Positions 28,447 to 37,860 of a stretch of 64,000 bases of DNA are shown piece after piece (positions within the stretch are counted from its first letter, which is position 1; every line of letters starts with the position of its first letter). This DNA comes from Dehalococcoidia bacterium (GTDB lineage: Bacteria; Chloroflexota; Dehalococcoidia; GIF9; UBA5629). The notes below the pieces were generated by a model. It was not told where the DNA came from. It worked only from the letters and a program-made list of their open reading frames with translations, and did no database searches. Position numbers and translations under genes: made by a program. The DNA lies in the NCBI GenBank assembly GCA_050011565.1, contig JBEKIW010000001.1:448001-512000 (forward strand). Reading direction: 5' to 3'.

Positions 28447-30000
28447 TTAATATTTACCTATTTCCTCCTCAGTTACCGGCAATTCTTTTATGTCGCCCCT
28501 CTGAAATTTGATACCCAACTTTTGTATGGTTCGATATGGTGCCAGGTCTTCTGCTGATACGTCTTTCACGCTGACTTTTGCGCCCTGTTTGCGAAGGGTA
28601 TCCTGTAACAATTTTACGTCCAGCTTTTTCGGGCTTATATTTTGATTGGCTGAAAGGGCAGCGGCAACGCCTGCCGCCTGGCCGGTACAAATGCTGGGGG
28701 TGCAGTACCTTAAACCGGTTTTGGAAAACTCTCCGGATGACATTGTGGTGCCTGCACCCAGAAGGTTGTCAATTCCTTTGGATACCAGAGAACGATACGG
28801 CACATCGTGAGGAAGTATCTCATAGGCAAACCTGCCGACCGCTTCATATAGGTCAGGCGGCATGTTGTTAATAGCTACGCCGTCATCGTGGGCCTTGCCT
28901 TCTCGCATTTCGGCTATGGTTACAACATGTTCGCCCAGAATTCGATGCCCGTTACCGTTGCATGGCAGGTTTGGCAGTCTCTCAATATAGGAGTTCTCGA
29001 AGCCGGGAACATTCTCCTTCACTACCTTGTGTACTGCAAAAGCCTGCCTCCTCATGTCTATTTCGCAATCGGTAAGCACCTCGGTCATCAGGCCGTTCTT
29101 GCCTTGCTCCACGCGGTAAATTGGGTTCATGACATATATCCTGCCGCCGTTAAATACATCAAACGTCGGTGCCAGAATTACGGATTCTCCTTTAATGTAA
29201 GCCCCTGCTTCCTTGGCTTTGGCTATGAATTTTCTGCCGACATACATTTCACCCCATTCGGGCATGTTCTTTTCCTGGAATGACCTGTACTTTTTCATGT
29301 CCACTCCGCCGATGAAAAAGGCATTCAGCATGCCGCCCGGCGCACCCTTGCGGGGACCTATAGGGAATCCATGATCACCCATAACAGGCGCTCCACATTT
29401 CCAGGCTATATCGCCCTCGCCGGTGGTGTCAATGATGACTTTCCCCAGGACAGCTCGTGCCCCCTCCTTGGTTTCGAGGATAACGCCTTTCAAAGTGTTG
29501 CCCTCTCTTATAGCTCCTGTGGCAAAGGCGTGTAAGAACAGCCTGACATTAGCTTCTTTCATCATTGTGTCGAGGATGAATTTGTAGTATTCTGCATCGA
29601 AGCTAATACCCCAGGGGCCCCAATAGCCCACCTCGGTTTCCAGGAAACGTTTGGGTAGATTATCCGCGCCTACTGCAGCTATGATTCCTTTCTTAAGTCT
29701 GCCTCTCTCCCAGCTTGCCAGGTCATTTGCATTCTTTACTGCCCCTTCCTTCTTGAGGCGGTCAAGGATCTCCAGCATTATCCCACCATGTATTGCGGGA
29801 TCGACGAAGGCGAAAGTTGGATTGTTGCCCTGTGTTTGCAGCCCGCCCAAGCAGTTGAACCGTTCTATAAGAACCGTCCTGGCGCCGACCTTGCCGGACG
29901 CCAATGCTGCTCCAATGCCAGCCGGTCCTCCTCCAACGACAACAACATCCGCTTCATAAAGTACTGGAATTTCCCTGGCCTTTTCTTTAACTGTCTTCAT
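28447..30000 (-). CDS. FAD-dependent oxidoreductase (PF12831-like)
   Basis: DVVVVGGGPAGIGAA, IDTTGEGD, VPYRSLV, TGQAAGVAAAL. Confidence 0.9.
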   Translation of the reverse strand: MKTVKEKAREIPVLYEADVVVVGGGPAGIGAALASGKVGARTVLIERFNCLGGLQTQGNNPTFAFVDPAIHGGIMLEILDRLKKEGAVKNANDLASWERGRLKKGIIAAVGADNLPKRFLETEVGYWGPWGISFDAEYYKFILDTMMKEANVRLFLHAFATGAIREGNTLKGVILETKEGARAVLGKVIIDTTGEGDIAWKCGAPVMGDHGFPIGPRKGAPGGMLNAFFIGGVDMKKYRSFQEKNMPEWGEMYVGRKFIAKAKEAGAYIKGESVILAPTFDVFNGGRIYVMNPIYRVEQGKNGLMTEVLTDCEIDMRRQAFAVHKVVKENVPGFENSYIERLPNLPCNGNGHRILGEHVVTIAEMREGKAHDDGVAINNMPPDLYEAVGRFAYEILPHDVPYRSLVSKGIDNLLGAGTTMSSGEFSKTGLRYCTPSICTGQAAGVAAALSANQNISPKKLDVKLLQDTLRKQGAKVSVKDVSAEDLAPYRTIQKLGIKFQRGDIKELPVTEEEIGKY

Positions 30001-30119
30001 AACTCACTTTCCTCTCTGAACCAAAATATATATTGTCCTCGACCGTTTCTATTAATTTGCATTTAATGATGACCTCACCAATTTCAGTATAAACTTCTTT
30101 AAAAATGTCATCTCCTTTG

Positions 30120-30268
30120 ATTGACCGGGTATCGTCAATAATCAGGCATTACTGACTGACTAATCGGCCACATTTGCGGTAAATCTATCATTAGGCAATG
30201 ATTGTGTCAAGGGATTTTGGTTATGATCATTGACAATCATTTGCCACAGATTTATATTGGTTGTCAAT
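30120..30268. promoter_or_regulatory. Divergent promoter region with TTGAC/GTCAA inverted repeats
   Basis: ATTGAC-N8-GTCAAT at 30120-30139; ATTGACAA (30229) and TTGTCAAT (30261). Confidence 0.4.
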
Positions 30269-30417
30269 AAGAGCAATGAGCGTGGGGACGCCTCATTGTG
30301 AATTGAAGCGGGAAATGTCGACTAAAAATCACAAGTGTACTATCAGCCTGTAAAACGATAAGTCAGTAAATAGACTAATATCCAACTAAAAAACACAGAG
30401 CTGATGAAAGGGGAAGT

Positions 30418-32016
30418 ATGAATATCGGCGCTCTATTACAGGACAACGTCAACAGATTCGGGGAATACGAGATGATCCACTTCGAGGGGCGGTGGTATAC
30501 GAATACTGAACTAAACCGCACGGCAAACAAACTTGGCAATGCACTCAGGTCACTTGGCATTAAAAAAGGAGACCGAGTAGCAGTGCAGATTCCCAACATC
30601 CCGCCGGTATTCTCTACCTTCCCTGCTATATATAGGGCAGGTGGTGTAGTAGTGCCTATGAACCCACTGCTGCGTCCCGACCAGGGTGCCTACATATACC
30701 GCGACAGCGGTATCAAAGCCTTGATCACCAGCTCGGACTATCTGGGATGGGTTCTAGACGCACAGAAACAGACTCCCGAACTGGAACATATTATCGTGAC
30801 AGACAAAGATGGAGTCCCCGGTACCGTCTCCTACAATGAGATGATGTTGCAGAGTTCAGACGAAATGGAAATGGAGGAAACCGACAACGATGATTTAGCT
30901 GCGTTAATATATACTGCAGGAACTACAGGACGGCCTAAAGGGGTAATGCACACCCACTATTCCCTCTATATCAATGCCCTGTCATTCTATGAATATGTTC
31001 TTATCCACACACCGCTGACTGTTCAGCAAACAATCTATACCTTAGACCCCAAGACACTTGAGCGCACCGAAGAAGTTGTATGGGTTACAGGTGCCAGCAG
31101 GAGCACGATAGCCCTGAGTGTGCTGCCGCTGTCTCATTCCTATGGTATTGCATTTAATCTGGGGGGATCTTTCGTTGGTGGGAAGTCGATCGTACTCAAG
31201 TGGTGGAATGTAGAGGAAGCCATCAAGGCGATTCAGAAATTTAAGGTTACATTCATGGCAGGGGTACCCACCATGTATGTTCAGATACTGGACTACCCCG
31301 AAATAGACAAGTACGATTTAAGTTCACTTATAGCCTGTAACTCCGGAGGATCAACGCTGTCAGCTGAAATTGGTCTCAGGTGGAAGGAAAAGTTTGGAAT
31401 CGATATAAGAGAAGGCTGGGGATTAACCGAATCAGGAGCTACAACTACGGGGCAACCCTTTGATCGGCCGCCTAAATACGGTTCCATCGGCAAGAATATA
31501 GTAAGATGCAACGTTGTCAAAATCTTTGACGACAACCATAAAGAGTTGCCGCCAGGACAGACAGGCGAAATCGTGGTCAAAGGCCCAACTTTGATGAAAG
31601 GCTATTGGAATCTGCCTGATGAGACAGCCCAGGCTATCCGAGATGGCTGGCTACATACTGGCGACGTAGGTTATAAGGATGAAGATGGCTATATATATAT
31701 CACCGACCGCAAGAAGGACATAATAATCCGTGGAGGTGAGAATGTATCACCTCGGGAGGTAGAGGAAATTCTTTGCCAGCATTCCAAAGTTGTCGAGGCA
31801 GGAATTATTGGCATACCTGATAAGGTCTACGGCGAAGAGATAAAAGCTTTCGTGGTGCTTAAGCCGGGAGAGGAAGCTAACGAAAAGGAGATAATTGCCT
31901 TTTGCAAAGAACGTCTACCTGGCTTTAAGACGCCGAAGAAAGTCCAATTCATAGACGCGCTGCCCAAGAATCTTCTAGGCAAGTTGCTGAGAGCAGAACT
32001 GCGTAAGCTTGGTTAA
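30418..32016 (+). CDS. Long-chain-fatty-acid-CoA ligase family protein
   Basis: YTAGTTGRPKG, GWGLTE, GWLHTGD, DRKKD, LPKNLLGK. Confidence 0.93.
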   Translation: MNIGALLQDNVNRFGEYEMIHFEGRWYTNTELNRTANKLGNALRSLGIKKGDRVAVQIPNIPPVFSTFPAIYRAGGVVVPMNPLLRPDQGAYIYRDSGIKALITSSDYLGWVLDAQKQTPELEHIIVTDKDGVPGTVSYNEMMLQSSDEMEMEETDNDDLAALIYTAGTTGRPKGVMHTHYSLYINALSFYEYVLIHTPLTVQQTIYTLDPKTLERTEEVVWVTGASRSTIALSVLPLSHSYGIAFNLGGSFVGGKSIVLKWWNVEEAIKAIQKFKVTFMAGVPTMYVQILDYPEIDKYDLSSLIACNSGGSTLSAEIGLRWKEKFGIDIREGWGLTESGATTTGQPFDRPPKYGSIGKNIVRCNVVKIFDDNHKELPPGQTGEIVVKGPTLMKGYWNLPDETAQAIRDGWLHTGDVGYKDEDGYIYITDRKKDIIIRGGENVSPREVEEILCQHSKVVEAGIIGIPDKVYGEEIKAFVVLKPGEEANEKEIIAFCKERLPGFKTPKKVQFIDALPKNLLGKLLRAELRKLG

Positions 32017-32116
32017 TTCCAGGCTGATTCCTACCAAAGGCAGTGTGGCAAGCTGGTATGCAGTAATTCCAGTGTACATTCCACTGTGCATGCCCTGAAC
32101 GAGGAGACGAATTACG

Positions 32117-32153
32117 AAATCGCTGGTCGTCAGTTCGACTCTGACCGCTGGCT
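32117..32153 (+). repeat. Second copy of the tRNA-Thr 3' fragment (lacks CCA)
   Basis: 29-bp identity to 18794-18822, extending to 37 bp with 2 mismatches. Confidence 0.9.
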
Positions 32154-32315
32154 GTATAGCTTAATTGAGGGACTCCTCCAAAAGGCGACCGTCAGTAAAC
32201 ATTTGCCTGTTTTGTTACTTCATTGCAAATTAAGCCAAAAGGTGCCACGATAAACATGAAAATAACTCCCGACCTGCTGGCTGGGCTATGCCTTTGATAG
32301 CGAACTGCACAATCT

Positions 32316-32480
32316 TAGGTTCTAGCTTCTATCATAGGTTCTAGCTTCTATCATAAGCTCCGTTTCTGGATCTTTAAGCTCCTAAGCTTTAGAGCTAAGT
32401 CCTAGCTTGAATCTCTAGTTCCTAGGCTCTGGATCTTAAGTTCCTAGCTCATCATAAACAGGAGACCTAGATTCTAAAGA
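32316..32480. repeat. Degenerate short tandem repeats (TAGxTTC-like units, 19-bp duplication)
   Basis: TAGGTTCTAGCTTCTATCA x2 (32316-32353), followed by CTAG/TAAGCT-rich degenerate units. Confidence 0.75.
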
Positions 32481-32835
32481 GGAATCTCGCCACGGAATTG
32501 AAGAAGATGAGGCTGAAAGCGCGGCAACGCCAAACTTGTATTAATTACGCCTTTTACGATCCTATTGAAGAGTAGGTCAAAGTGAGGTAAAATAAGACGA
32601 TAGTTGCCCCAGGATCATGATGATAAATATTGCCGGGATGTAGTGGCAGTTAACCCAAAAAACTTAAGATAACTTAAGCTTAATAACCGGAAATCTCATA
32701 ACCGAAAGTATTAACAATATGAACGGAGAGATGGCAAGAGCTCATAACAGCAAGCAATTAGAGCCCCTGATACGCGGGGGGCTTTTACCAGGCTACGGGA
32801 GCCGGATTGAGGTTCCGGGAAAACCGCTTACATTT

Positions 32836-32876
32836 CATCGCAGAGGTCACCTGTTCAAGTCCAGTACCGCCCACCA
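32836..32876 (+). pseudogene. Degenerate 3' half of a tRNA, probably Val
   Basis: CATCGCAG-AGGTC-ACCTG-TTCAAGT-CCAGT-ACCGCCC-A-CCA; T stem has 2 mismatches; no 5' half. Confidence 0.7.
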
Positions 32877-32919
32877 TTCGAATCTAATTCCAAATCAGGC
32901 GTGTATTCGGCCGCAAGGA

Positions 32920-33483
32920 CTAGCGGGACGAAGTCAATATCTCAGCCATGCGGCTGCCAAGCCTTCTTGCCTCCTCGATTAGTGCCGCATCGTTCTTTAC
33001 TTCACCCGGCTTACTGGCACAGCCCGAAAGTATGACTATCCTGTCATCTGGAATGTCAGCAGATAACTTAACAAACCGTCTCAACGCCCTGACGGTGTGT
33101 TCCAGGCCGGCGCTACCGCCGATAACAATCAAACCGGCACAGACCATACGGGGGGAAATGTTATGCCTGTAGAGGAAATAGTTGCGGTCGACAAAGGCTT
33201 TCATCTGCGCGGTCATGTTGTAGTAATATACCGGACTGCCCAGAATTATTCCTTCTGCATTGCAAAATTTATCCAGAATCCAGGGAACATCATCATCCTG
33301 TTTGCAAGCTGAAAATGAAGAGCAGTTGTCATGACCCTGGCAGGGGTTGACTTTATATTGAGTCAGTATAATCTTTTCCGTCTCGAGACCGTGGGCGGCA
33401 GCTTCTTGTAGTGCCTGGTCGACAAGATAGCTGGTATTGCCCTTGGGTCTGGGGCTGCCAACAATAGCTAAAATCTTCATCAT
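32920..33483 (-). CDS. Iron-sulfur flavoprotein / flavodoxin family protein
   Basis: GSPRPKGNT, CQGHDNC....AC, GSPVYY..MTAQMKAFVDR. Confidence 0.9.
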   Translation of the reverse strand: MMKILAIVGSPRPKGNTSYLVDQALQEAAAHGLETEKIILTQYKVNPCQGHDNCSSFSACKQDDDVPWILDKFCNAEGIILGSPVYYYNMTAQMKAFVDRNYFLYRHNISPRMVCAGLIVIGGSAGLEHTVRALRRFVKLSADIPDDRIVILSGCASKPGEVKNDAALIEEARRLGSRMAEILTSSR

Positions 33484-33606
33484 TGTCTCCTAATTTTTTC
33501 CGTGTTATGGCAGAATCTTAAGGGTTAGGAAATTGATTGTCAAAGCTCGTTGTTGGCGCGACGTTGGTTGATGGGCAAACCGTGTGGTTCTACGGATGCC
33601 ATTGAA

Positions 33607-34515
33607 CTACAAACTGAAAGTCGACTTCAGGAAATTCATAATTTGCCTAAGCAGGAGCGGATAGAACAGCCAAATAGAAGGATGGGTGGCAGGATACCAT
33701 TTTATTTCAGGTTTACCGCAAGCTTCCCAAAAATCGATTGTGCCTTGCTTCGGAATTCTCTCGTCCCACATTGCGTTAAGCATCAGCAGTGGACGCTGAC
33801 GGAGATAGGTAGCAAATGTCACGGGGTCCGTCAGATAGCTCTGCTGGGATGGGGTCACTTCCTCTATGCCCTTTTCTGCAACTTCATTCAGATATCGGTT
33901 ATAGAAGTTTTGAGATCGGCTATATTCCGCCTCGCTGTGGTCGGGCTCGGTTTTTCTGAGCCAGGCACGACCTTGATAATTGCCGCCGGCTACAAAAATG
34001 ACGCCGGCAGCTATTCGTTCATCTACGCCCATTGATATGGCTGAGATAATTCCACCGAGGCTTATGCCGATAACTGCTATATGGTCCTTATTTATATCTT
34101 TGTTTTTGCCCGCCCAATCAACTATTTGACGAATATCAATTACGGATGTCTGATAACCTTCAAACCACTCTTCGGGAGTGAGGTTAGGCAGCCTTTCCCT
34201 GATTACATATGGCATACGTCTTTGATGGAATACCAGATATAAGATAAAGCTGGCTATGCCCTTCTTAGTCAGGTCTCGTGCCAGCAGACGGCAAGGGATT
34301 ACGCTGCGGTCGCCCCATCCGTGGACTAGAATTGCTAACGGCCAATTGGCTCCCCGGCGAGGCTGATAGTACTCGCCGTATGCTACATTATTTTCTTTGT
34401 ATCCGGTGGGCCTGGCAACAGGGAATTTAACCGCGTAACGCAACCATCTATTAGTAGTCTGGTTTAACTGTAAGTCAAAGTCAGGCTCAATGCCGGGGTA
34501 GTTATACGGATTCAT
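33607..34515 (-). CDS. Alpha/beta hydrolase
   Basis: ILVHGWG, GISLGG nucleophile elbow, C-terminal D and H. Confidence 0.85.
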   Translation of the reverse strand: MNPYNYPGIEPDFDLQLNQTTNRWLRYAVKFPVARPTGYKENNVAYGEYYQPRRGANWPLAILVHGWGDRSVIPCRLLARDLTKKGIASFILYLVFHQRRMPYVIRERLPNLTPEEWFEGYQTSVIDIRQIVDWAGKNKDINKDHIAVIGISLGGIISAISMGVDERIAAGVIFVAGGNYQGRAWLRKTEPDHSEAEYSRSQNFYNRYLNEVAEKGIEEVTPSQQSYLTDPVTFATYLRQRPLLMLNAMWDERIPKQGTIDFWEACGKPEIKWYPATHPSIWLFYPLLLRQIMNFLKSTFSL

Positions 34516-34760
34516 TGAAATTAATGGTAACCTTTCTGAGGACCACCGCGAATAATAGCACTACCCACTCCGAATTCCAAACTGCGTAGTATAGGTTTCA
34601 TTACCCGTGACTAATTTTAACATATGCTCTGCTCTATCTAATTGAACGGCTTGTTGTCGAAAACCAGGGGTGATATGATACGATTTATTCCCACGGGCAA
34701 AACGGAAGCTGAATAGAACACAGCGTTTTGAATAAAACAGGACGATAGAGGAGATATCAA

Positions 34761-36137
34761 ATGAAAGTAAAGGTTAGACTGTTTCAAATAGCGATTTGCG
34801 TCTTGATGGTCATGAGTCTGGTTGCTTGTTCAGCCAGCCAGGAATACAAATTCAAATACGAGTCCGACGCGGTGCTTCAGGATAGCTTGAAAGCCGTGCC
34901 TGCCTATCCTGAAACGAACTTTGTTGTTTTTAGCGATCCGCACGTTTACGACCCTTCGCTGGGAACCGAAGGAAAGGCGTTCGAAAACTATCTTGCATCC
35001 GACCGAAAACTTCTGAGAGAGAGCACTGAAATCCTGGAGGCGGCCATTGCGGCAATTAAGAATGAGAAAGCCAGTATTGTGCTGGTACCGGGAGATATGA
35101 CCAAAGACGGTGAACTCAGCTCGCACCAGCTCGTTATAAGCTATCTGAAGCAGCTCGAAGCCAGCGGAAAACAGGTGTATGTGGTGCCGGGCAATCACGA
35201 TATTAAGAACGGACACTCATTCAAATATGTCGGCGATACAGCCGAACGTGTGCCCAATATAACGCCTGCAGAATTTGTCGACATGTATGGTGATTTCGGA
35301 TATAAAGAGGCGCTTTACCGTGATACTGCTTCGCTGAGCTACGTCGCTGAGCCGCAGTCCGGCCTCTGGTTACTTGCGCTCGATAGCTGCCGCTATGCCG
35401 AAAACGTAGAGAATGAAGCGCCCATCACTGACGGCAAATTCAGCACAGCTACCATGCAGTGGATTGAAGATATGCTGGAGAAAGCGACGACGGAGAAGAA
35501 GGCAGTTATTGTGATGGTTCATCATGGAGTAGTCGAACACTACGTCGGGCAGGAAAAGAACTTCGGCGAATATCTACTGGATGATTTTCCTGCAGTCTCC
35601 AGGCTATTGGCAACATACAACGTACGCCTTGTTTTCACCGGCCATTACCATGCCCAGGACATTACCCTGGCTCGCTGGTCGAAACCAGATAAATTCATCT
35701 TCGATATTGAAACCGGCTCTCTGGTCACATATCCTGCACCCTATAGAATAGTAAGCATAGACGCCACCCAGAAAGCCGCAATAAGAACGAAACATGTAGA
35801 ATCAATACGTTCCCATCCGAACGATTTTCAGGAGTATGCCAGGGCATATGTACAGAGCGGCATTGAGGGCATTGCCACCCGCGCTATAATGGGGTACAAG
35901 GTCAATCAGGCTGAAGCGGAAAAGCTCGCCGGGCAAGTTGCTCAAGCGTTCCTGGCCCATTATGCCGGCGACGAGTATCTTCCGGCAGGGCAGGAGGCGA
36001 TGCAGACCAGCGGGTTAAGTATACCGGGCTGGGTTGTAGTTAATTTCCGAAAGAACCTGGTCATCGGGCTGTGGCACGACTTGCCACCACCTGATAATAA
36101 CGTTACTATCGATTTGAAAACGGGTAGCTGGCAGTAA
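34761..36137 (+). CDS. Metallophosphoesterase lipoprotein
   Basis: Lipobox LVAC; SDPH, PGDMT, PGNHD, HH, TGHYH. Confidence 0.9.
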   Translation: MKVKVRLFQIAICVLMVMSLVACSASQEYKFKYESDAVLQDSLKAVPAYPETNFVVFSDPHVYDPSLGTEGKAFENYLASDRKLLRESTEILEAAIAAIKNEKASIVLVPGDMTKDGELSSHQLVISYLKQLEASGKQVYVVPGNHDIKNGHSFKYVGDTAERVPNITPAEFVDMYGDFGYKEALYRDTASLSYVAEPQSGLWLLALDSCRYAENVENEAPITDGKFSTATMQWIEDMLEKATTEKKAVIVMVHHGVVEHYVGQEKNFGEYLLDDFPAVSRLLATYNVRLVFTGHYHAQDITLARWSKPDKFIFDIETGSLVTYPAPYRIVSIDATQKAAIRTKHVESIRSHPNDFQEYARAYVQSGIEGIATRAIMGYKVNQAEAEKLAGQVAQAFLAHYAGDEYLPAGQEAMQTSGLSIPGWVVVNFRKNLVIGLWHDLPPPDNNVTIDLKTGSWQ

Positions 36138-36246
36138 GAATGACTGTCCCAGGCTTTAAAGAATCGGCTTCCTCAAATAGTACAGCGTTTTCCGTGGGAT
36201 GATTGTCCAACGAGATTGAATCTGCGCTAGAGCTACAGCAGCAGCT

Positions 36247-37800
36247 CTACCGGCTTTGAAAGACAATCAATTGAGCCTTGGGCCCTAAGCCGACCGGGAA
36301 AATTATGAAATCACCGGAAACTGCAGGCCAACCATTAATACCTCCCGGTGCCTGATAATTCCAGACCTCCGCACCGGTTTTCTTGTCTAAAGCGTATATC
36401 TTCCCATCTAAAGTCGACGTAAAGACAAGGTCATTGACCACGGTTGCCGCTCCGATGGTTATCGAATCAAAACTTTTACTCCAAAGAGGTTTACCTGTGG
36501 AGATATCGAGGGCGACCAGTTCTCCCGTGCCCGCGTTTTCATTGTATGTCGATTCGATGAAGTCGGTCGGGGTGTAATCACCGAAGTGATTAACAACGGG
36601 CACATAGAGGACGCCGTCGTCACATGCCATCGGTGTCAAGACGCCGCCGTCCGGGCCGGGTAAAACCCTGGTCGTACCTGCAGGAAGCTCTGTTAACTCG
36701 TCATCCTGGTGCTGCCCAACGGGCGTTTGCCAGTATATTTCACCGCTCTTTCGGTCGAAAGCGTAAACCTTGCCCAACTTTCCCGACCCAATTACGATTT
36801 TAGTTTCCTTGCCATTTATCGTTGCTGTTGTCAGTATCGGTGAAGATTGAAAATCGAGGTCGAATAAATCATGTGGTTTGACCTGGTTATACCACAGTAG
36901 TTTTCCGGTACTTGAATCCAACGCCAGCATACTATCGCTGCAGAGGTTAGGACCGGGACGGCTGGAACCGCTGGGAAATTCCTCCGTACCGGGAACAGGT
37001 GCAGGATTCCCAGTACCCCAATACGTAATTCCTGTATCCGTATCAATAGCCGGCGGACACCAAGCTCCACTGCCACTGTTAACGCCGGGATTACCCCAGA
37101 TTTCCTCGGAATCGACCGTATTAAATTTCCAAACCACCTTACCGGTTTTCTGGTCTAAAGCGTGGATAACGCCATATCCTCCGCCGGTATAGAAATCAGC
37201 GTTGGTCGAGCCGGGGACTGTGGCTACATAAACCATGTTGTTGTAAGTAATTAACTGGATATCGATGCCAACATTAGTCTTGTCAGATAACCTCGTTGAC
37301 CATATCTCTTTCCCGTTTTCTAAATTTAAAGCGGCGACCTCGTAGTGGCCTTTAGGGACAAATAGCTTATCCCACCCGACAGCCGGTCCGTTAGGCCCGA
37401 AATTATCGAGGTTATACTCCTTTTTCCATAGTAATTTGCCTGTCGCCAAATCGATAGCGAAAACATTGCTCTTTAAATCTTGAAGATAGACGGTATTATT
37501 CAAGATGAGCGGGTTCGTTGCCGCAGCGCCCCACTCGCTGAATCCGGTAAGCTCAAAGGTCCAGGCTACGCTTAACTTCTGTACGTTTTGCGAATTGATC
37601 ACTGAATCTTGAGTTGCCCTGGTATTACTGTAATCTTTATTGGCTGCTGGCCACTCGTCAGCGAATTTGGCCATCTCCGTCGGCACAATGTTATCTGATT
37701 GGCAGCTTAATAGGCTGAGAGCACCAAATAGCAGAACAAGTAAAACTGGCAGTACTCCGGCAACCAAAAAAAGTGGTTTGAACCTAAATATTTGTGCCAT
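36247..37800 (-). CDS. PQQ-binding-like beta-propeller lipoprotein
   Basis: Repeated A(L/I)D..TGK..W motifs; Y.GTGNP; HDLFDLD. Confidence 0.88.
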   Translation of the reverse strand: MAQIFRFKPLFLVAGVLPVLLVLLFGALSLLSCQSDNIVPTEMAKFADEWPAANKDYSNTRATQDSVINSQNVQKLSVAWTFELTGFSEWGAAATNPLILNNTVYLQDLKSNVFAIDLATGKLLWKKEYNLDNFGPNGPAVGWDKLFVPKGHYEVAALNLENGKEIWSTRLSDKTNVGIDIQLITYNNMVYVATVPGSTNADFYTGGGYGVIHALDQKTGKVVWKFNTVDSEEIWGNPGVNSGSGAWCPPAIDTDTGITYWGTGNPAPVPGTEEFPSGSSRPGPNLCSDSMLALDSSTGKLLWYNQVKPHDLFDLDFQSSPILTTATINGKETKIVIGSGKLGKVYAFDRKSGEIYWQTPVGQHQDDELTELPAGTTRVLPGPDGGVLTPMACDDGVLYVPVVNHFGDYTPTDFIESTYNENAGTGELVALDISTGKPLWSKSFDSITIGAATVVNDLVFTSTLDGKIYALDKKTGAEVWNYQAPGGINGWPAVSGDFIIFPVGLGPKAQLIVFQSR

Positions 37801-37860
37801 GATGTCTCACCCCCATTGAACTAAATACGACAGTCTTTGTCAGCGCTCAAAGATAAGGAG

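Larger units (their letters stand above)
18794..32153. mobile_element. Putative integrated island bounded by tRNA-Thr-derived direct repeats; no integrase seen
   Basis: Identical 29-mer GGTCGTCAGTTCGACTCTGACCGCTGGCT at 18794-18822 and 32125-32153. Confidence 0.6.
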
